Virus genome (UHGV): UHGV-1270568
Source of the DNA: a virus
DNA: 19,450 nucleotides
Reading direction: 5' to 3' (one strand)
Shown piece after piece: positions 15,721-19,450 of the stretch. Each line of letters opens with the position of its first letter. Position 1 is the stretch's first letter. A model generated the notes under the pieces. The model was not told the origin of the DNA and made no database searches. It saw nothing but the letters and a program-made list of their open reading frames with translations. The position numbers were made by a program, and so were the translations under genes.

Positions 15721-15834
15721 TTATTCTTCAGTGAAAAAACGCTCAATCTTTTTTACTGAATGAATAATTCGCACAATGCCAATTGCGCAGACCACTGAAA
15801 TAATCAGAACAATCCATGACATAAATATACTCAT
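15721..15834 (-). CDS. Candidate 37-aa single-TM peptide (MSIFMSWIVLIISVVCAIGIVRIIHSVKKIERFFTEE)
   Basis: Not in the ORF track (under 60 aa); ATG 15834 overlaps the upstream stop (ATGA); hydrophobic core then basic tail. Confidence 0.3.
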   Translation of the reverse strand: MSIFMSWIVLIISVVCAIGIVRIIHSVKKIERFFTEE

Positions 15835-16073
15835 GCGATATTCCCCAGCTTATACGGTTCAATATGTTCTCCGCATTCTGCGGCACAGACCAGCTCGGAA
15901 AGTTCGTTAAGTGCATCCAGATCATCAGCGTAAAAAGCCACGTCATACAGACTCCGGATTGCCCTGGTCAATGAGTCACGGGCTGCACGTTCAGCATGAA
16001 CGCCTGATGCGCTTAAGCGAAAATAAAAACGCTCAAGTGCTTTGTTGATGAGTGTTTTATATTCTTTGTCCAT
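15831..16073 (-). CDS. Hypothetical 80-aa early protein
   Basis: AAAGGGTG RBS before ATG 16073. Confidence 0.5.
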   Translation of the reverse strand: MDKEYKTLINKALERFYFRLSASGVHAERAARDSLTRAIRSLYDVAFYADDLDALNELSELVCAAECGEHIEPYKLGNIA

Positions 16074-16084
16074 TGCAACACCCT

Positions 16085-16363
16085 TTAATCTGCTTTCTGG
16101 ATTTCAGTTTCTGAATCCATGCAAATAATTTCGATATAGGGTTCATTGCCATTAACCTGACGTGCCTTTTCAGCTTCGCTAATGATTTCGCGTACAGTCT
16201 GGTACGGAAGTTCTACGGTCAGGCGCGTGCCGTTCAGATAAACGTAAGTAGCTGCATTTTTTTCTGATGGGACGACTCCATCAATAGCTGATGCGCGTAA
16301 TAACAGTTCACCGCGAAAATCAATAAAACGGATAAATACACCTTGTGCATGCTCTTTGGTCAT
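16085..16363 (-). CDS. Hypothetical 92-aa early protein
   Basis: Track ORF 16085..16462 overlaps the upstream gene; start chosen at ATG 16363 (MTKEHAQGVF...) with AGGTG RBS. Confidence 0.45.
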   Translation of the reverse strand: MTKEHAQGVFIRFIDFRGELLLRASAIDGVVPSEKNAATYVYLNGTRLTVELPYQTVREIISEAEKARQVNGNEPYIEIICMDSETEIQKAD

Positions 16364-16373
16364 AACGCACCTG

Positions 16374-16712
16374 TTATAAATCAGTCTGTTTAATAAAACT
16401 TTGCCCGCGAAGCAGACGATCAACCGTGCGAAGTGCTTCGTACAATGTGAAATCCTGTCCAAACTGATTGTCGCCGTTGCTCAGAGCAAAAATGCGGTTT
16501 CCGGTAAATGGGTTGCGTTGGCATCTGTGAACCACGATTCCAGCTTTTTCAATCAGCCAGGTGTGTTCGCCAATTTGTTTTACTGTATGGCCATCTGGCG
16601 TTGCGTGTGTTTCGCTCAGGCTGTAGCGAGAGTTGCTGCGTGATGCACTGGTAGTGAAACGGTTAGCGTGGCGTTCTGTTCCGGTACGAAAATTACGGCG
16701 TTGCTTCAGCAT
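16374..16712 (-). CDS. Hypothetical 112-aa early protein
   Basis: GAGGTG RBS 8 nt before ATG 16712; second gene of the early operon. Confidence 0.5.
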   Translation of the reverse strand: MLKQRRNFRTGTERHANRFTTSASRSNSRYSLSETHATPDGHTVKQIGEHTWLIEKAGIVVHRCQRNPFTGNRIFALSNGDNQFGQDFTLYEALRTVDRLLRGQSFIKQTDL

Positions 16713-16726
16713 AAAATGACACCTCG

Positions 16727-17005
16727 TTATTTTGTCATCTGCACGTATTTTTCTGCGCTCCTGATTGTTTTCAGGAAAAGAGCGAAGAGATTTACTGTGC
16801 GTCTTGAGTTCTTTTCATCCTGGTTGATGGGAATTGAACCTCTGTCAGCCTGTCTTTTCACTGTGTTAACAGCTTGGTTGGTACGCTTTGCGTAATCTTT
16901 CAGGCTTTCTTCAAGTACTGGTAACCCATGCTCATCGCGGTAGGGATAGAACGCTGCTAAACGCTCAAAGTCTGCCTGTTCGTGTGTGTTCAGGACTTTT
17001 GCCAT
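16727..17005 (-). CDS. cox: Cox-like small DNA-binding protein (excision / lysogenic-promoter repression), first gene of the early operon
   Basis: 92 aa, divergent from C across the operator region; segment YAKRTNQAVNTVKRQADRGSIPI resembles the P2 Cox helix-turn-helix as I recall it. Overall similarity is modest. Confidence 0.5.
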   Translation of the reverse strand: MAKVLNTHEQADFERLAAFYPYRDEHGLPVLEESLKDYAKRTNQAVNTVKRQADRGSIPINQDEKNSRRTVNLFALFLKTIRSAEKYVQMTK

Positions 17006-17101
17006 GTGTGATAACCTGCGCTATCTGTGGTTGTTTGTGACTTGGTGTACTTATAAGTACACCTTGTGCGCAAGCTTAGTGTACTTATAGGAACACTGTC
17101 A
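17006..17101. promoter_or_regulatory. Immunity switch region: divergent promoters with repressor operator repeats
   Basis: Perfect 20-bp palindrome GGTGTACTTATAAGTACACC (17044..17063) and a second GTGTACTTATA copy (17080..17090), 34 bp apart, between cox and C. Confidence 0.6.
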
Positions 17102-17410
17102 ATGCTTATCGGTGAAAAAATTAGAGTGATTCGTGAATCAGAGGATTTAACGCGCGAAGAATTTTGCGGCCTGATTGATGTGCCTATCGGCACTTTGCGT
17201 CGTTATGAAACGGGGCGGATTGAAAACATAGGGGGCGAAGTGCTTATCAAGATTGTTAATCACCCTCGCTTTTTTAAGTACATGAATTGGCTTATGACGG
17301 GAAAAACAAATGAGGCTGCTGGGCAGATCAGTCCGTCTCTCTCCCCTGATGGGCCAAAAAGCACATCGCCTTCTCAAAAACCCCGCAAGACTGGCACACA
17401 GCCCGGCTAA
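17102..17410 (+). CDS. C: Immunity repressor, P2 C-like helix-turn-helix protein
   Basis: Track ORF 17066..17410; start chosen at ATG 17102 (MLIGEKIRVIRESEDLTREEFCGLIDVPIGTLRRYETGR...FFKYMNWLMTGK...) with AGGAA RBS; matches the P2 C pattern as I recall it. Confidence 0.75.
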   Translation: MLIGEKIRVIRESEDLTREEFCGLIDVPIGTLRRYETGRIENIGGEVLIKIVNHPRFFKYMNWLMTGKTNEAAGQISPSLSPDGPKSTSPSQKPRKTGTQPG

Positions 17411-17459
17411 TCATGGAGCGCTGGGGGCATGGTGGTCTTGTAACGCTGGGGTTTCACGA

Positions 17460-18468
17460 ATGAGCATAAAATCAATTCCGGGAGGGTATCTTCTTGACAT
17501 GCGCCCGGAGGGGCGTAAAGGCAAACGCATTCGTAAAAAATTTAAAACGAAATCGGATGCAGTTTTATATGAGCGGTGGGTGCTGGCGCAACAGCATAAC
17601 AATGAGTGGAAAGGAAACTCTATTGATCGCCGTCCTCTGTCAGTGCTTATTGACTTGTGGTGGAAATACCACGGCCAGCTAATGAAGTCAGGGCATAACA
17701 CGCGCCTTAAATTGCTGCGCTTGAGTGAGGCAATGGATGACCCGTGCGTGCATAAACTTAATACAACGATGCTNNNNNNNNNNNNNNNNNNNNNNNNNNN
17801 NNNNNNNCGAGCTACGTGTGTCCAGGATAGAGCAGGGGATACAGCCCAGCACCATAAATCGAGAGATTGGGGCGTTAAGCGCGATGTTTACCGCACTCAT
17901 CTCATCCGGCCATTTTCTTAATGATAACCCCGTTCAAGGCCTTAAAGGAATGAAGGTTAACGAGCGTGAAATGGGATATCTGAGTAAGTCTGAATGTGTT
18001 CAGTTGCTGGATGCACTGGCTGAAAATCCCGATGAACGGCTGGCTGTCGAAATCCTTCTGTCGACCGGGGCGCGATGGGGCGAGGTAGCGGCACTGGAGC
18101 AGCGCCGTGTTCTTCATTGTCGAATCACTTTTTCAAAAACGAAGAACAGCAAAAACCGTACCGTTCCTATTTCTGAAAGCCTGTTTGAAAAGATCAAAAA
18201 ACGGGGCGGGAAACTGGTGTTTCCGACGCTGGATTATTCATTGGTTCGCGATGTCATCAAAACGGTCGCACCTGATGTTCCTGACGGCCAGGCTGTTCAT
18301 GCGCTGCGCCACACCTTCGCCAGTCATTTCATGATGAACGGCGGCAATATTCTGACGCTCCAGAAAATTCTGGGGCACGCAAAGATTCAGACAACGATGA
18401 TTTATGCCCATCTTGCGCCGGATTACCTGCAGGATGCGGTGAGGTTTAATCCACTAGGAGGTGCTTAA
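17460..18468 (+). CDS. int: Tyrosine integrase, P2 Int-like, interrupted by an assembly gap
   Basis: Track ORFs 17310..17921 and 17725..18468 are two pieces of one gene split by Ns. N-terminal MSIKSIPGGYLLDMRPEGRKGKRIRKKF...; C-terminal LSTGARWGE, HALRHTFASHFMMNGG and LGHAKIQTTMIYAHLAPDYLQDA carry the recombinase R..H.R..Y catalytic signature. Confidence 0.85.
17774..17807. other. Assembly gap of 34 N inside int
   Basis: Run of n characters; the flanking int reading frames are offset by one nucleotide, so the stated gap length is not the true length. Confidence 0.95.
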
Positions 18469-18470
18469 GA

Positions 18471-18833
18471 GTGAAGTTTCATTTAGATGAACTTAAAAGA
18501 ATGGCAACGCTCGATAATTTTGCGCGTTTTCTCAATGAGTCGTCTACGAATGAAAAATGTTTGTCGTGTGGCGATACGGATATGTACATGTATTTGACGA
18601 ATATTGTTGAGGTGGGGCCTGAGCCGAAAACTGCTGAGGAGTGTGATTTAGGCACTCTTGTTATGCTTGATTATATCGGTCCATTTACTGGGTATCCGGG
18701 ATATGAGGGACATGATCGGGAAAATATCCATAACTATGAATTCCGACTTACCTGTAACAGATGTGGGTTTGTTCATCGTTACTCGGCCCGGGCCTTTATG
18801 AACTGGGTAGGCAAGCAGGGTGATGAGAAGTGA
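18471..18833 (+). CDS. Hypothetical 120-aa protein with two CxxC pairs (putative zinc ribbon), coupled to int
   Basis: GTG start 3 nt after the int stop with GGAGG RBS; CLSCGD ... CNRCGF; AT-rich codon usage compared with the phage core. Confidence 0.5.
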   Translation: MKFHLDELKRMATLDNFARFLNESSTNEKCLSCGDTDMYMYLTNIVEVGPEPKTAEECDLGTLVMLDYIGPFTGYPGYEGHDRENIHNYEFRLTCNRCGFVHRYSARAFMNWVGKQGDEK

Positions 18834-19270
18834 TGGCAGAGAATGTTGCACATATTTCGCGGTTCAGAAAAAAGAAAGAGAATGCCTATAATGTATCCAA
18901 CAACCAAGTAACAGGAAGTGGTAATGATGGAGGTGATGGCATGAATGACGACCTTGAACGGCGGGTCAGTTGCCTGGAAAGTGATGTGACTGAAATCAAA
19001 AACAACCTGATTACTCTCACCACAAGAAGCGAATCCTTTGCTACCAAATCTGATGTACTGGAGATTCGCGAAGGGTTGAGGCTTGAGATGGCAGAATCTC
19101 GCCAATCCCTGAAGTCTGAGATGGCTGATTTACGCCAGTCTCTGAAAGTTGAGATGGCTGAGCATCGTACTGAACTTCAGAAATCATTTGCAAATCAGAC
19201 TTGGTTACTCACAGGTATTGTCCTGTCTGCGATGGCCGTGCTTGTGGCTGTGGTTACTGTTATTAAGTAA
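18833..19270 (+). CDS. Coiled-coil protein with C-terminal TM anchor and three tandem 11-aa repeats
   Basis: Start either ATG 18833 (overlaps upstream stop, TGATG; the track's GTG 18830 is an alternative) or internal ATG 18941 with strong GGAGGTG RBS. Repeats EMAESRQSLKS / EMADLRQSLKV / EMAEHRTELQK (33-bp DNA repeats), then WLLTGIVLSAMAVLVAVVTVIK. Confidence 0.5.
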   Translation: MAENVAHISRFRKKKENAYNVSNNQVTGSGNDGGDGMNDDLERRVSCLESDVTEIKNNLITLTTRSESFATKSDVLEIREGLRLEMAESRQSLKSEMADLRQSLKVEMAEHRTELQKSFANQTWLLTGIVLSAMAVLVAVVTVIK

Positions 19271-19395
19271 ATTTATGGCGGCGATATGATCCACAAAGTG
19301 ACCACATCCCTGTTATTTGTTGTGGTTGGCTGTGTTTTTGTGTGTCTGTAAGTCTTTGATAATTATCTAACTTATTGATTTTTACTTGTGTTTAT

Positions 19396-19420
19396 GGCCG
19401 CTCTGCGGCCTTTTTTCTTT
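19396..19420 (+). terminator. Plus-strand Rho-independent terminator
   Basis: GGCCGC-TCT-GCGGCC followed by TTTTTTCTTTTC. Confidence 0.6.
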
Positions 19421-19450
19421 TCACTGTCGAAGAGTCACCGTAAAATCAAC

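Noticed and set aside
1-19450. CRISPR array, tRNA or rRNA genes, or an IS element / transposase
   Set aside because: No regularly spaced direct repeats with unique spacers; no cloverleaf-capable tRNA candidates found by eye; no transposase-like ORF or terminal inverted repeats. The repeats present are short regulatory-type repeats.

Overview
The window is almost entirely a P2-family (Peduovirus-like) temperate phage or prophage of an enterobacterium, lying inverted relative to the conventional P2 map. Calls rest on reading the translations and comparing them from memory with P2 proteins; no searches were run. Order along the window: tail fibre H (minus, runs off the window start) - tail protein I - abrupt junction - terminase small subunit M, major capsid N, scaffold O (all minus) - divergent late promoter region - terminase large subunit P and portal Q (plus) - about 510 bp non-coding cos-proximal region - three small minus-strand cargo genes (8268..9602) - rolling-circle replication gene A - a long minus-strand early operon of small ORFs that includes an SPFH lipoprotein plus small membrane protein pair - cox-like gene - operator region - C repressor and integrase (plus; integrase interrupted by a 34-N assembly gap) - two AT-rich cargo genes translationally coupled to int - terminator. 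The strongest candidate for an undescribed system is the three-gene cassette between A and cos, the position where P2-like phages are known to carry variable anti-phage cargo. It comprises a truncated ParM-like actin-fold fragment fused to a novel C-terminus, a 163-aa protein of unknown (possibly GNAT-like) fold and an 87-aa protein, joined by a repeated 17-bp linker. A second anomaly is that M is followed directly by I: the whole L-X-lysis-R-S-V-W-J block of a canonical P2 genome is absent, so the element is probably defective, or the contig is misjoined. Most other plus/minus ORFs in the six-frame track are antisense shadows of these genes.
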